In this document: piece by piece, positions 1-9,311 of the stretch
Numbering within the stretch: the first letter of the stretch is position 1
Layout of the letters: each line of letters starts with the position of its first letter
Assembly (NCBI GenBank): GCA_046761065.1
Contig: JBHIFL010000060.1
Coordinates: 1 to 25,405 of the forward strand
Direction of reading: 5' to 3'
Source of the DNA: Candidatus Heimdallarchaeota archaeon
GTDB taxonomy: Archaea; Asgardarchaeota; Wukongarchaeia; Wukongarchaeales; JBHIFL01
Length of the DNA stretch: 25,405 nucleotides
The notes under the pieces: generated by a model
The model's database searches: none
Seen by the model: the letters and a program-made list of their open reading frames with translations, nothing else
Told to the model about the DNA's origin: nothing
Position numbers and translations under genes: made by a program

Positions 1-162
1 TCAAGGGTATTTATCTGCTAAGGTGAAAGATATTGAGGAAACGGTAACATTAACCATGAGTTATGTTCCTGAACGAGCTACAAGCATATTATTGAAGGGT
101 TAATCCAATATTACCGGAAAAGCTAAAAAACTCTCCCTCATCGAGCACAGCATGATACAGAA
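1..162 (+). repeat. Direct repeat copy 1: duplicated divergent-promoter region plus the first 3 codons of the amidohydrolase
   Basis: Aligns to 4194-4356 with 5 substitutions and a 1-nt indel in an A run. Homology ends after ATGATACAGAA. The copy runs off the left edge of the window. Confidence 0.97.
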
Positions 163-619
163 CATGTCGGAATCCGTAGCTCTACGCGTCTATATGGAAA
201 ATGTTACTCATCGTGAATACCTTTTCAAAGCCTTTTAACCCTGCTTTCCAGCTTTGACTTGGGTTCATGGTGTAGGGACCCTTGGGCTTTAGAGTCTTGC
301 GCAAAACCCATTTTAGGGATTCGTATCTGGCTGATTCCGCATTTTTCTAGTTGAGGTATCCTATTCCCCTCCGATTTTTAGCCAAACCCTGTTAAAAATG
401 TGTGCAGATGCGTTCCTTCTATTTCTAGAACGTTCCTACCGCCTTTTGATAGTGTTTAGTATTGGGATGCAAATTTAAGATACAGGGCATCCAGTGTTCC
501 TGTGCAGTATCAGTTCCCCTCCTTGATTTTACCAATGTTTCCACGAATCACCAGGGATTTTGCCGATCGCGTGCATGTGTTACGGAACAGAAGTTTCGGT
601 TTCCCATGACTCACAGTTT

Positions 620-1290
620 TCTTATCCCCATTACTTCAAACCAAATTACAGTAGCCCAATTACTATTTTCAAGCAAACTTTTTCTCAGTATTTACGGACT
701 GGTTGGGAAAATTTGAGAAGAAGGATTTTACCGTCCCTTGTGTTTCCTATTCCTCACAAAACCTATTGGTGAACCTACTTCTGATTGGTGGTTTCCAGCC
801 GTTATATTTCCCCTGCCCGTTGGGAACCATAGTATTCCTCGCGCTCATATTATCCCACTGATGTGTCCCATTTACTATTGAAAACCTTGAGTAACCTTTA
901 CTCTAATTATTCTGTAGTATTAGAACAAGCTTCTCTCGTTTTTGTTCCCACACCAGCTTTCTAAATCTTTTCCAATAACCTTGACCAACCATGATGGTCA
1001 CAGGGCTCTTTTCGAACGCTTTTTGAGGGTGTCCCACTCGTCCAGGCGTGCAGAAACTTAGTTGACGTCTTTATGTCCCTCTTGGCTCCCTTCCATCCTA
1101 CTCAACTCATCCACTCAAAAGCGAGCTTCATTCACAGGCAAATTCGCGATAAGATCCAATTAACATTAGATCACGGAGGCAGATGAACTCCCTCCAAATG
1201 GTTAGTCATATGATTATCCTAGTATAAGCTATGGTCGAAAAATTCTGGTACTCATGTTATACATGCCTATTGCGTAGATCCTGCAAGGAC
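620..1290 (+). pseudogene. Possible heavily degraded IS5/IS1182-like DDE transposase relic
   Basis: Fragments in different frames occur in the expected order: PITIFKQTFSQYL (DUF772-like P..l.K.l.lqyl), LSKSFPITLTNHDGHRALFERFL (Ls.FR.rL....lF...l), DELPPNG*SYDYPSISYGRK and HAYCVDP. Many stops and frameshifts; the resemblance is by eye only. Confidence 0.35.
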
Positions 1291-1474
1291 TTGGTTAAAT
1301 CTTTGTGATAACAAAGAGTTTAAGAGAGGAGGCTACCAGGACTAAACTGCGGTTAATATCTTTTTGTAAAATGATCCCAAGCTATGACGCTTAAGCCAGT
1401 TCGAGGGGATCCGCAGCCGAATCCTCCTCTCACAAAATTCTTTTGGCTGTTCTTGTTGGATCAACCCCCTCCTG

Positions 1475-3022
1475 CTAGGGACATTCTGGAGGAAAGTTTT
1501 CCGGTCCTGCATAGTATGTACTACTCCACAGGATAGTATTATGAGAATAGTGCGTCCCATTATAAAACCCTACTTGAACAACAAATGGCAGATCCGCATA
1601 CTTGTAGATCCGGACACAGGAGAGGACATCGGCGTCGTATGGCGCAGTATTTCCATCATATGCATAACCTGGTCCACAAGATCTTTGCTCAGGGATCTGG
1701 ATCTGCGCCCAAACAGCAACCCTGTCTACGTAGATATCCCCAAACCCACTTCGTTCTTTGCTTTCAGCCAAGCCTCCAACTCTTCCGGTGAAGAGTTCAT
1801 CTACAACAACGGTGCGATGTATTGGTATTTCCTCGTTTCTATTGCTATTGAAAAACAAAAACGATAGACAATCCTCAGAGGGATACACAGCGATGCTATA
1901 ATAAATTTGATGGGTAGAGGACCAACCGGAGGGAGGTAAAATGTTATCTCCAATGTAACCCACCCCCGGTTTTAAATACATCCAAAACATACCCCAAGAG
2001 TGGGGTGGGAGACTTGTGTTTCCCCCTTGTAATCTAATGAAGATATTCCGGCCATTATATGCGAATCCACATTGGGCAAAGACCCCATCTTCGGTTGTCG
2101 CACTTACAAAAAAGTAGTAGGAAACTCCTACAGGTGGCGAGGTCCAATCCATGCCACTTGTGGGCATTTCAATCGATTGGTACTCAGTGTAGGGGGGTGC
2201 CATGGATACCCCGTATTGCCAACCTGCGCCGGTGTCTTCCTGGGAGACGATATAGTCAACTTCGGTTTCATTGAGCATCCGCCGGTACACATGCACCTCA
2301 TCCAGCATACCATCCAGGTAAGCGCATTCATAAGGCGAATAATACGCTCTGCCCAATAGCGCGCCCGTCCAATCATCGAAATTAGGCCGTCCGGGCTTTT
2401 TTGGGATGGTAGGGGTTTGCGTTCCATTGACGTAAAATCTGGCCACTTTCGCGCTTCTGTCAAATGTCACCGCGACGTGAGTCCATTCATGCAGAGGGGG
2501 TTTGTAGTTGGTAAGGTAATGGGGTCCATAGAATCCCAGTTTGAGATACCCCGTACTATTGGTACCAAACCAGACCATTTGGTTATTGTCAGCCCCACCC
2601 CAAGCTCCTGCATCGAAGAAGATTGTGTTGGCTGGATCGTTACCTGTATTGCTGTCCAAGTTGATCCACGCAGTAATTGTGAAATCCGTGTTATCCAAGC
2701 GGAGTAAATTGGGCTTGTGGAGATCTACATAATCATTATACCCATCCATTTCCAAAGCGCTAAAAAGTAATCCTTCATCGTCATCCGTCAACCTTGCGCC
2801 GTGATTGGTTCCATGATGCCCGTACCCTGAGGAATCTTGCAATTCATTATTATGCATACTCTCAAAGTGCATGTCCGACACCCGAGTTCCCGAACTCGAG
2901 GGAGCCAGCACTGAATAGTTCGGTTGAATGAGACTCATAAACCAAAACAAACACAACCCACACAAAAACACGCCCTGCAAGAGCGCTTTTCTGGCTTTTA
3001 TCCGCGATTGCAAACTCCACAC
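1475..3022 (-). CDS. Secreted LamG-like jellyroll (concanavalin A-like) protein with a beta-rich C-terminal domain, possibly G1 glutamic peptidase-like
   Basis: Basic then hydrophobic signal/anchor segment. LamG motifs: DSSGYGHHGT, ALEMDGYNDYV, FTITAWI, WTHVAVTFD, FYVNG, LDGMLDEVHVYRRML. GTG start with GGGAG upstream. Confidence 0.85.
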   Translation of the reverse strand: MWSLQSRIKARKALLQGVFLCGLCLFWFMSLIQPNYSVLAPSSSGTRVSDMHFESMHNNELQDSSGYGHHGTNHGARLTDDDEGLLFSALEMDGYNDYVDLHKPNLLRLDNTDFTITAWINLDSNTGNDPANTIFFDAGAWGGADNNQMVWFGTNSTGYLKLGFYGPHYLTNYKPPLHEWTHVAVTFDRSAKVARFYVNGTQTPTIPKKPGRPNFDDWTGALLGRAYYSPYECAYLDGMLDEVHVYRRMLNETEVDYIVSQEDTGAGWQYGVSMAPPYTEYQSIEMPTSGMDWTSPPVGVSYYFFVSATTEDGVFAQCGFAYNGRNIFIRLQGGNTSLPPHSWGMFWMYLKPGVGYIGDNILPPSGWSSTHQIYYSIAVYPSEDCLSFLFFNSNRNEEIPIHRTVVVDELFTGRVGGLAESKERSGFGDIYVDRVAVWAQIQIPEQRSCGPGYAYDGNTAPYDADVLSCVRIYKYADLPFVVQVGFYNGTHYSHNTILWSSTYYAGPENFPPECP

Positions 3023-3099
3023 ACTCCCTAAAAGGATTACATCACATTGATATGCATATCATTTAGTCAACCAAGGAAGAATATTGAATCTAATCTCAA

Positions 3100-3747
3100 T
3101 TAACTACTAATTGTCACCTGTATTGGGGTTGAAGATACACTGAAACGATGTGCACCCCTGGTTCGTAGCCCACACGCAACGACGATGTCATAACTCTCCT
3201 TGGGCTTGAATTCCACATTGATATACGGGGAGGTTTCAACCTTCCATACAAAAACGTTAGTAAATGTTTGATTTAATGCTAATTCTACGTAACCAGGAGC
3301 TATAGTTACCATGAGAAACTCGACACTAGCTGCATATACTATAACACTTTCATTATTGAGCACTTTCATGTCTAAACTACCGTAGAAGCCCACGGGTTCC
3401 GAACTGTTCACGTTAGTCATCCGACTGACAATGAGGACTGCGTCCCCTACTCGGGGTGTGGTATCATTCACGCCCACATCCAACCGGATCCCTTGGGAAA
3501 AGGTCGAGGTTTCAGCGGCAAACCTTTCAGGAATAGCGGGGGATGTGTTGTTTAAATAAATAGTTTTAACTGGGGATACTGGTGGAGTTGTTGTCGTAAT
3601 ATAAATCGGAGTCGTCTGGGGATTTTCGGATGTTGTTTGAGCTTGTGGGCGGGTTTCATTTGAAACAAGTTTAGAAAGAGCTAGGGATATAGTCATTACT
3701 CCCATAATTATAATGATGAGAAAGATTATTATCTTTTTTGACTTCAT
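3100..3747 (-). CDS. Membrane-anchored protein with a Thr/Pro-rich linker and an Ig-like (BsuPI-like) domain
   Basis: MKSKK followed by a hydrophobic helix, then the linker TTPIYITTTTPPVSP. Ig-like pattern: PRVGDAVLIVSRMTN...DMKVLNNESVIVY...FVW...SYDIVV. Confidence 0.75.
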   Translation of the reverse strand: MKSKKIIIFLIIIIMGVMTISLALSKLVSNETRPQAQTTSENPQTTPIYITTTTPPVSPVKTIYLNNTSPAIPERFAAETSTFSQGIRLDVGVNDTTPRVGDAVLIVSRMTNVNSSEPVGFYGSLDMKVLNNESVIVYAASVEFLMVTIAPGYVELALNQTFTNVFVWKVETSPYINVEFKPKESYDIVVACGLRTRGAHRFSVSSTPIQVTISS

Positions 3748-3969
3748 ATACTCAATTTCCTTTTTAATTGTAGACTTTTATAATATCATATATTAGTATA
3801 CATATTTAAATCTTTATTGAGAATATAAACATTTAAAATATTAATTTATTGGTATTATTTTTTTATAATCACATTCTTTGATAGCTTAGTAAAGCGTATA
3901 GGGATAGCGCGGGGAGTTTCAAAGCGGTTAAAAAGTGAATACACGGGAGTAAAAGCATAGTTTCAAAGC

Positions 3970-4167
3970 TCAGTTAACATGAACTGCGTTCAGATATGCA
4001 TCGAGCTTCTCTTTGAAAAACTGAATCGCCTCCTCCTCCTATGGCGAACCGGAGGGCATGGGTGTGAACTCCATCAACTTCTCCCAATTTCGTTGGAGGG
4101 CTTCTATGGATATATCATTCACAAGCAGGCTCAAGAGGTCCTTATCTTCTGAGGAAAGCCAGATCAT
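3970..4167 (-). pseudogene. 5' fragment of an M28/M20-clan metallopeptidase, with internal TAG
   Basis: Reads MIWLSSEDKDLLSLLVNDISIEALQRNWEKLMEFTPMPSGSP*EEEAIQFFKEKLDAY..., matching the 'L..f.pr.sGs..E..a..yi...l' N-terminal pattern. TAG at 4039-4041; ends after 66 codons. Confidence 0.65.
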
Positions 4168-4193
4168 ACGCAGCGCTCCACAAAAACCTAACA

Positions 4194-4356
4194 TCAAGGG
4201 TATTTATCTGCTAAGGTGAAAGATATTGAGGAAACGGTAACATTAACCGTGAGTTGTGTTCCTGAACGAGCTACAAGCACATTATTGAAGGGTTAATCCA
4301 ATATTACCGGAAAAGCTAAAAAAACTCTCCATCTTCGAGCACAGCATGATACAGAA
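4194..4356 (+). repeat. Direct repeat copy 2: divergent promoter region driving the intact amidohydrolase
   Basis: Near-identical to 1-162. Confidence 0.97.
4309..4324 (+). promoter_or_regulatory. Putative BRE/TATA-like element, probably giving a leaderless transcript
   Basis: GGAAAAGC-TAAAAAAA lies ~25 nt upstream of ATG 4346, with no Shine-Dalgarno sequence. Confidence 0.4.
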
Positions 4357-5539
4357 GAAACTCCTAGAAAGATGTCAGGAAATCGCTCCCGATCTAGTGA
4401 AGCTCCGACGCGATATTCATGCAAATCCTGAATTAGGCTTCCAAGAGGTAAGAACAAGCAAATTGATCGCTGAAAGGCTGAGCCGCCTTGGTCTTGAGGT
4501 ACAGACCAACATTGCCGAGACGGGTGTGGTCGGGCTCCTCCGAGGGGGGCGACCGGGGAAGACAATTGCGCTTCGAGCTGATATGGATGCGCTGAGCATT
4601 CAAGAACAAACAGGTGCGGAGTATCAGAGCCAAATTCCCGGAGTGATGCATGCCTGCGGTCATGATGCCCATGTGGCCATGCTTCTCGGGGCTGCGCAAA
4701 TATTGCAGGAGCTGCAAGTGGAGATCCCAGGAAACATCAAGTTCATTTTCCAACCTGCAGAGGAAGGACCGGGTGGGGCAGCGAAGATGGTGGAGGAGGG
4801 TGTGCTGCACAATCCCGATGTGGACGCCACTATCGCCCTGCATGTTGACGATGAAACGGAAGTAGGGCAGATCAAGATAAAGTCAGGAATTGCTACAGCC
4901 GCAGCGAATGCGATGCGCATAAAAATCCAAGGAAAAGGAGGTCATGCGGCTTACCCCCACAAATCCGTTGATGCAATTGTGGTCGCCGCCCATGTGATCC
5001 TAGCGCTCCAGACAATTGTAGCCCGCGAAACTGATCCGTTAGACGCAGTAGTGGTCACAATTGGGGTGATAGAGGGGGGAGACCGAAACAACATAATCGC
5101 AGAGAAGGTTATCATGGAAGGGACAATTCGTACGTTGAATGATGTAACCCGCAAGGCAACCTTCTCAGCCCTCCAGCGGATAACGGAGCAAGTTTGCACC
5201 GCGATGCGTGCGGAATGCGAGATAGAGATTTTAGAAGGGTATCCTCCTGGGGTGAATGATCCACAGCTGATAGGAATCTTCCGAAAGGTAGCAGAGGAGC
5301 TTCTTGGCCCAGAAAACGTGAAAATCGCCGCAGTGCCCGAAATGGGCGCGGAAGACTTCTACGAGTTCGGATTTGGCATTCCAGCGGCGATGTTCCACTT
5401 AGGGATTGCGAATAAAGAGAAAGGAATCACATTTCCCGGACATCATCCACGGTACGACATCGACGAGGATGCGCTACCATTAGGAGTCGCAATTTTAGTG
5501 GCCAGTGCCCTCAACTTCCTTCAAGAATGCAAGGATTAA
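4346..5539 (+). CDS. M20D family amidohydrolase (N-acyl-amino acid hydrolase / carboxypeptidase)
   Basis: Motifs RRDIHANPELGFQE, ALRADMDAL, MHACGHDAH, FQPAEEG, GKGGHAA, MGAEDF and HHPRYDIDE. Confidence 0.95.
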   Translation: MIQKKLLERCQEIAPDLVKLRRDIHANPELGFQEVRTSKLIAERLSRLGLEVQTNIAETGVVGLLRGGRPGKTIALRADMDALSIQEQTGAEYQSQIPGVMHACGHDAHVAMLLGAAQILQELQVEIPGNIKFIFQPAEEGPGGAAKMVEEGVLHNPDVDATIALHVDDETEVGQIKIKSGIATAAANAMRIKIQGKGGHAAYPHKSVDAIVVAAHVILALQTIVARETDPLDAVVVTIGVIEGGDRNNIIAEKVIMEGTIRTLNDVTRKATFSALQRITEQVCTAMRAECEIEILEGYPPGVNDPQLIGIFRKVAEELLGPENVKIAAVPEMGAEDFYEFGFGIPAAMFHLGIANKEKGITFPGHHPRYDIDEDALPLGVAILVASALNFLQECKD

Positions 5540-5586
5540 AGACCATTTAACGGGTTTCCAGTGAGACCATGTTGCGATAATCCCTT

Positions 5587-6948
5587 TCACCAAGGCGACA
5601 TAGTTGCGACAGCCATGTCTGAAACCTTCCCTTTTTCGACGTCTATCAACGCTTGGTCGATTATAGCAAGTGCAGCGTCCAAATCCTCTTGAGGTATGTT
5701 AAGTGGTGGGGCGATCCGCAAGACGGACTTGCCAAGGGTCGTTAACAACAAGCCAAGCTCTCCGCATCGCCAGCAAACCTTCCGAGCTTCGAGTTTTGCG
5801 GGGGCCTTGGACTTGTGATCAGTCACCAAGTCGACACCAATCAGCAGTCCTTTTCCTCGCACATCACCAATGAGCGAATGAGTCTCTTGCATCTCAGTAA
5901 AACGTTTCATGGTGTACTGCCCAATCTTGGTTGCGCGGTTCAGCAACTGATCCTCCTCGATAATGTCTAACACGGCGAGTGCGGCAGCACAAGACAGAGG
6001 ACTCGCTTTAGTTGTCAGAAAGCAAGCTGGTGCATCGGCAGCATCGGCGACCTCCGCTCGGGCAATCACGCCGCTGAGCGGGACTCCCGCGCTTATTGCC
6101 TTCCCAAAGATGATCATATCAGGATCAATCCTGAAGTGTTGGATGCCAAACCATCTCCCCGTACGACCAAACCCACACTGAACCTCTTCAGAAGCAAACA
6201 GGATGCCATTATCAGAACACAACTCTTTCAGGGCCCGAACCCATTCCTCGGGTGGCATAATAATGCCCGAATCCCCTTGGAACGGCTCGGGGATGATAGC
6301 AGCAACCTCTTCTAGTGGGATGTAATTTTCAAACATAAACTTAGCATACTCAAGGCAGGTCAGCCCACAGTCAGGATAATTCTGGTCAAATGGGCAGCGA
6401 AAACAGTTGGCATATGGGATATGATAGCATTCTGGGACGAGGGGCCCTAACTTCCGACGCATTCCAAGGGATACAGCAGTCAAAGAGAGAGCTCCAAATG
6501 TGCTCCCGTGGTAACCTTGAAGAAACCCTACAAGTTTGATTCGAGAGGTGGCCGCTCTCGCCAATTTCATTGCAATGTCATTTGCTCCGGATCCGGAGAG
6601 ACCAAAAACCGTTTTCTTCTTGAAGGGTCCCGGAGCCAATTGGTTAAGGCGTTCAGCAAGGCGGACAGGTAATTCGTTGTACTCGTAGACCATCGCATAG
6701 TGCAGAAGCTGTTCAGCCTGTTCTTTGACTGCGGCGACCACCTTTGGATGGCAATGTCCCACTGTCAAGGTAGCTGCACCAGCTAGAAAATCAATGTAGT
6801 CGTTCCCATCAATGTCCCAGATGTGTGCACCGCTCGCGCGCGCGGTGACAACAGGGTAATATGCGAGTCGGACACATCGACCAATTGCGTTGCGATCTCG
6901 TTCGACAACATGGAGCGCCTTGTTCAGTTTAGACAAATTTTTCACCAT
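5587..6948 (-). CDS. PLP-dependent class III aminotransferase-fold enzyme, isoleucine 2-epimerase / amino-acid racemase-like subgroup
   Basis: Motifs DIDGNDYIDF, GHCHPKV, SGSGAND, YHGSTFG, EPFQGDSG, EEVQCGFGRTG, FGK(PLP Lys)AISAG, GDVRGKGL, LRIAPPL; C-terminal Trp. Confidence 0.88.
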   Translation of the reverse strand: MVKNLSKLNKALHVVERDRNAIGRCVRLAYYPVVTARASGAHIWDIDGNDYIDFLAGAATLTVGHCHPKVVAAVKEQAEQLLHYAMVYEYNELPVRLAERLNQLAPGPFKKKTVFGLSGSGANDIAMKLARAATSRIKLVGFLQGYHGSTFGALSLTAVSLGMRRKLGPLVPECYHIPYANCFRCPFDQNYPDCGLTCLEYAKFMFENYIPLEEVAAIIPEPFQGDSGIIMPPEEWVRALKELCSDNGILFASEEVQCGFGRTGRWFGIQHFRIDPDMIIFGKAISAGVPLSGVIARAEVADAADAPACFLTTKASPLSCAAALAVLDIIEEDQLLNRATKIGQYTMKRFTEMQETHSLIGDVRGKGLLIGVDLVTDHKSKAPAKLEARKVCWRCGELGLLLTTLGKSVLRIAPPLNIPQEDLDAALAIIDQALIDVEKGKVSDMAVATMSPW

Positions 6949-7269
6949 AGTTTTTTATTCGACTCTATCCTAAACGTGTCAAACTTCAGTTTTTAATCCA
7001 AGTAATAAAGGTCCCAAAAAGATGAAGGAATAATACAGGAAGATGTGTAAGGAAGGATATAAGGCTTATTGATACTTCAAAAGGTGATGGCTACATTTTT
7101 CTTAGGGATTATAAAATATCTGAGTTCTGAGAAAACAGATTTAAACATATCAATTTTCAAGTTGCTACAATCCCATCTTAATATTGAATCACAAAAATCG
7201 CAGGAAATATTCCAAAAAGTTGCTACAAAATTTAGGATTTATCTTAGTTAATTCTCAGGAGGTTCAGCT

Positions 7270-8637
7270 ATGGGTCTTGAAGAAGCAATCAAGGAGTATA
7301 TCAGTAAAAGGCCAAAATCTAAGGCACTTTATGAGAAAGCAATCAAAGTAATACCTGGGGGGACCTCTCACAATCTGAGACTTTGGGGGCTCCCCTCCCT
7401 CGGCGCTTTTCCATACTATGCGGTAAGGGGCAAAGGTGCCAAAGTGTGGGATGTTGACGGGCATGAATATATCGATTACTGGCAAGGCCATTGGGTGAAC
7501 ATCCTCGGTCATGGGAACGAACAGGTAGCAGCAGCCATAAAGAAAGCATTACAACTGGGTCCGCACTTGGGCTTGGTGACGGAAGCCGAAGTTAAATTGG
7601 CTGAACTGATTGTAGAGATTGTCCCCTGTGTGGAACAAGTGAAATTTGGAACAAGCGGCACCGAAGGATGTATGTATGCGGTTCGAATAGCGCGCGCCTA
7701 TACTAAGCGGAAGACCATTATTAAAATGGAAGGAGGGTGGCATGGTCCAAGCACGGATCTTTGCTGGGCCGTTCACTTGCCATATACTAATGAGGTAGGC
7801 CTCCCGGTTCCAGACTCCGCAGGCCTCCCGGACACGATGAATGTTATTACGATTCCTTTTAATGATCCAGACATCGCAAAGCAGGTCATACGGGAGCATG
7901 CAAATGATTTGGCGGGTGTGATCCTTGAACCACTCCTCGGGGCGGGGGGAATAGTTCCTGCCGAATCGGGGTACCTTGAAGTCCTGCGGGAAGAAACTGA
8001 AAACATAGGTGCCTGTCTGATCTTCGATGAGATCGTGACTGGATTTAACCTAGCGCTTGGCGGCGCGCAAGAGTATTTCGGAGTTGTGCCAGATCTCGTG
8101 GTTCTAGGAAAGACAATGGCTGGTGGTGTTCACATTAGCGCCGTTGGAGGGCCAGAAAAGATTATGGAGGTTACAAATCCATTAAAACCGGGAGAAAAAT
8201 ATAGTGTGGTTACGATGGGTGGGGGGACTTTCTCCTCCCATCTGATATCCCTTCTAGCGGCGTATGAAACCCTTTCAATTCTGAAAGAGAAAAAAGACCA
8301 GATCTATCCACAGTTACAGACGTTCGGGGACAGGTTGCGGTCCCGAATTCGGGAAGAGATTATTCCTAACACCAGTCTCATCTTGAAATGTACTGGAGCG
8401 GTTGGGGGGATTGGATTACACTTTATGACGAAAGATATTCCGCCTATCAATGCAGAAAATATTGAAGGGAATCTCCATAAAGAGCAGCAAAAGGAATACT
8501 TCGTTCGGATGCTCAATCAAGGGATTCATACCATGCATGGTGTAGGGCGTCTGTGCACAGAGCATGGAGAGTCAGAGATTGAAACGACAATCGATGCAAT
8601 CGACACAGTGGTCAAGGCTATCGAAAGATCATCTTGA
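7270..8637 (+). CDS. Glutamate-1-semialdehyde aminomutase-like class III aminotransferase (divergent HemL paralog)
   Basis: Motifs IPGG, DVDGHEYIDY, SGTEG, ARAYT, EGGWHG, LIFDEIVTGF, LGKTMAGG and GGTF. GGAGGT ribosome-binding site upstream. Confidence 0.88.
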   Translation: MGLEEAIKEYISKRPKSKALYEKAIKVIPGGTSHNLRLWGLPSLGAFPYYAVRGKGAKVWDVDGHEYIDYWQGHWVNILGHGNEQVAAAIKKALQLGPHLGLVTEAEVKLAELIVEIVPCVEQVKFGTSGTEGCMYAVRIARAYTKRKTIIKMEGGWHGPSTDLCWAVHLPYTNEVGLPVPDSAGLPDTMNVITIPFNDPDIAKQVIREHANDLAGVILEPLLGAGGIVPAESGYLEVLREETENIGACLIFDEIVTGFNLALGGAQEYFGVVPDLVVLGKTMAGGVHISAVGGPEKIMEVTNPLKPGEKYSVVTMGGGTFSSHLISLLAAYETLSILKEKKDQIYPQLQTFGDRLRSRIREEIIPNTSLILKCTGAVGGIGLHFMTKDIPPINAENIEGNLHKEQQKEYFVRMLNQGIHTMHGVGRLCTEHGESEIETTIDAIDTVVKAIERSS

Positions 8638-8903
8638 GGTTCTACTCACCGAATAATACCCCTGAACACAGGAAAGGGGAACCTGATGCATTTCTTTTTG
8701 GAACTATGCCAAGAACATTCTGTCCTCAAAATAGACTTGGTCTAAGTGTTTCGTTAGGAAAGGGTACCATATTTCGCGACTTGAAAGGCAAGGAGCGAAA
8801 AGAAGTGTTGAGTATAAAGGCTTCCATGGCTCATACCATAATTATAAAAGTTAATTTGGAAGGGTCCTGGTTTTGTTTCATGGGCATCTAAAGGGATTTA
8901 AAT

Positions 8904-9311
8904 ATGCCAAAGAGTTTGATGGAAGTTCAGAGTTTGATGGAACGGTAGTGGTTAGCCGGTTTTGCCACTGAGAACCAGAAGAATGCTCCTCATGTTGTTC
9001 CCGTCTTCTTCACCTACAAAGATGGAAACGTGTATGTGCATACGGATCAAAAATCGAGTAAAGTTCGTAATCTCTCGAGAAATCAAAATGTGGCAGTTGC
9101 TGCTTACAACGGACAAGATGCAGTTATTAATTGGGGCAAAGGGCGAATTATTGACAGTAAAGAAGAATTCATTGAAAGAACACAAGATCATATCAATAAG
9201 TATAAGCTAAAACTCGCCAAAGATGGCAAAGACTCACTAAGAATACCTCTATTTAACCAAAGGGTTCTTTGTATTATTGAAGTTACCTCTAAACGAATAA
9301 TATTTTGGTAA
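8904..9311 (+). pseudogene. Pyridoxamine 5'-phosphate oxidase-like (PPOX/FDOR split-barrel) protein with an in-frame TAG at codon 15
   Basis: The frame from ATG 8904 reads MPKSLMEVQSLMER*WLAGFATENQKNAPHVVPVFFTYKDGNVYVHTDQKSSKVRNLSRNQNVAV, the typical AT...G.PH.VPV.F...S.KvrNL..np.V pattern. TAG at 8946-8948. Confidence 0.8.

Noticed and set aside
1-162. DGR TR/VR pair with 4194-4356
   Set aside because: The mismatches are not adenine-specific in either copy, and the repeat is promoter DNA.
462-772. Short ORFs 462-716 and 560-772 as genes
   Set aside because: They overlap, have no ribosome-binding site or recognisable product, and are better explained as relic or non-coding DNA.
1395-1408. 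14-mer GCCAGTTCGAGGGG shared with ~23420
   Set aside because: About one such match is expected by chance in 25 kb, and the flanks do not align.
7270-8637. Gene symbol hemL
   Set aside because: Substrate-binding motifs diverge from canonical GSA aminomutase and there is no tetrapyrrole gene context.
4039-8948. Amber (pyrrolysine) recoding suggested by in-frame TAGs at 4039 and 8946
   Set aside because: pyk and DUF531 end in TAG at about the expected family length, other relics carry TGA stops and frameshifts, and no pyl genes are seen.
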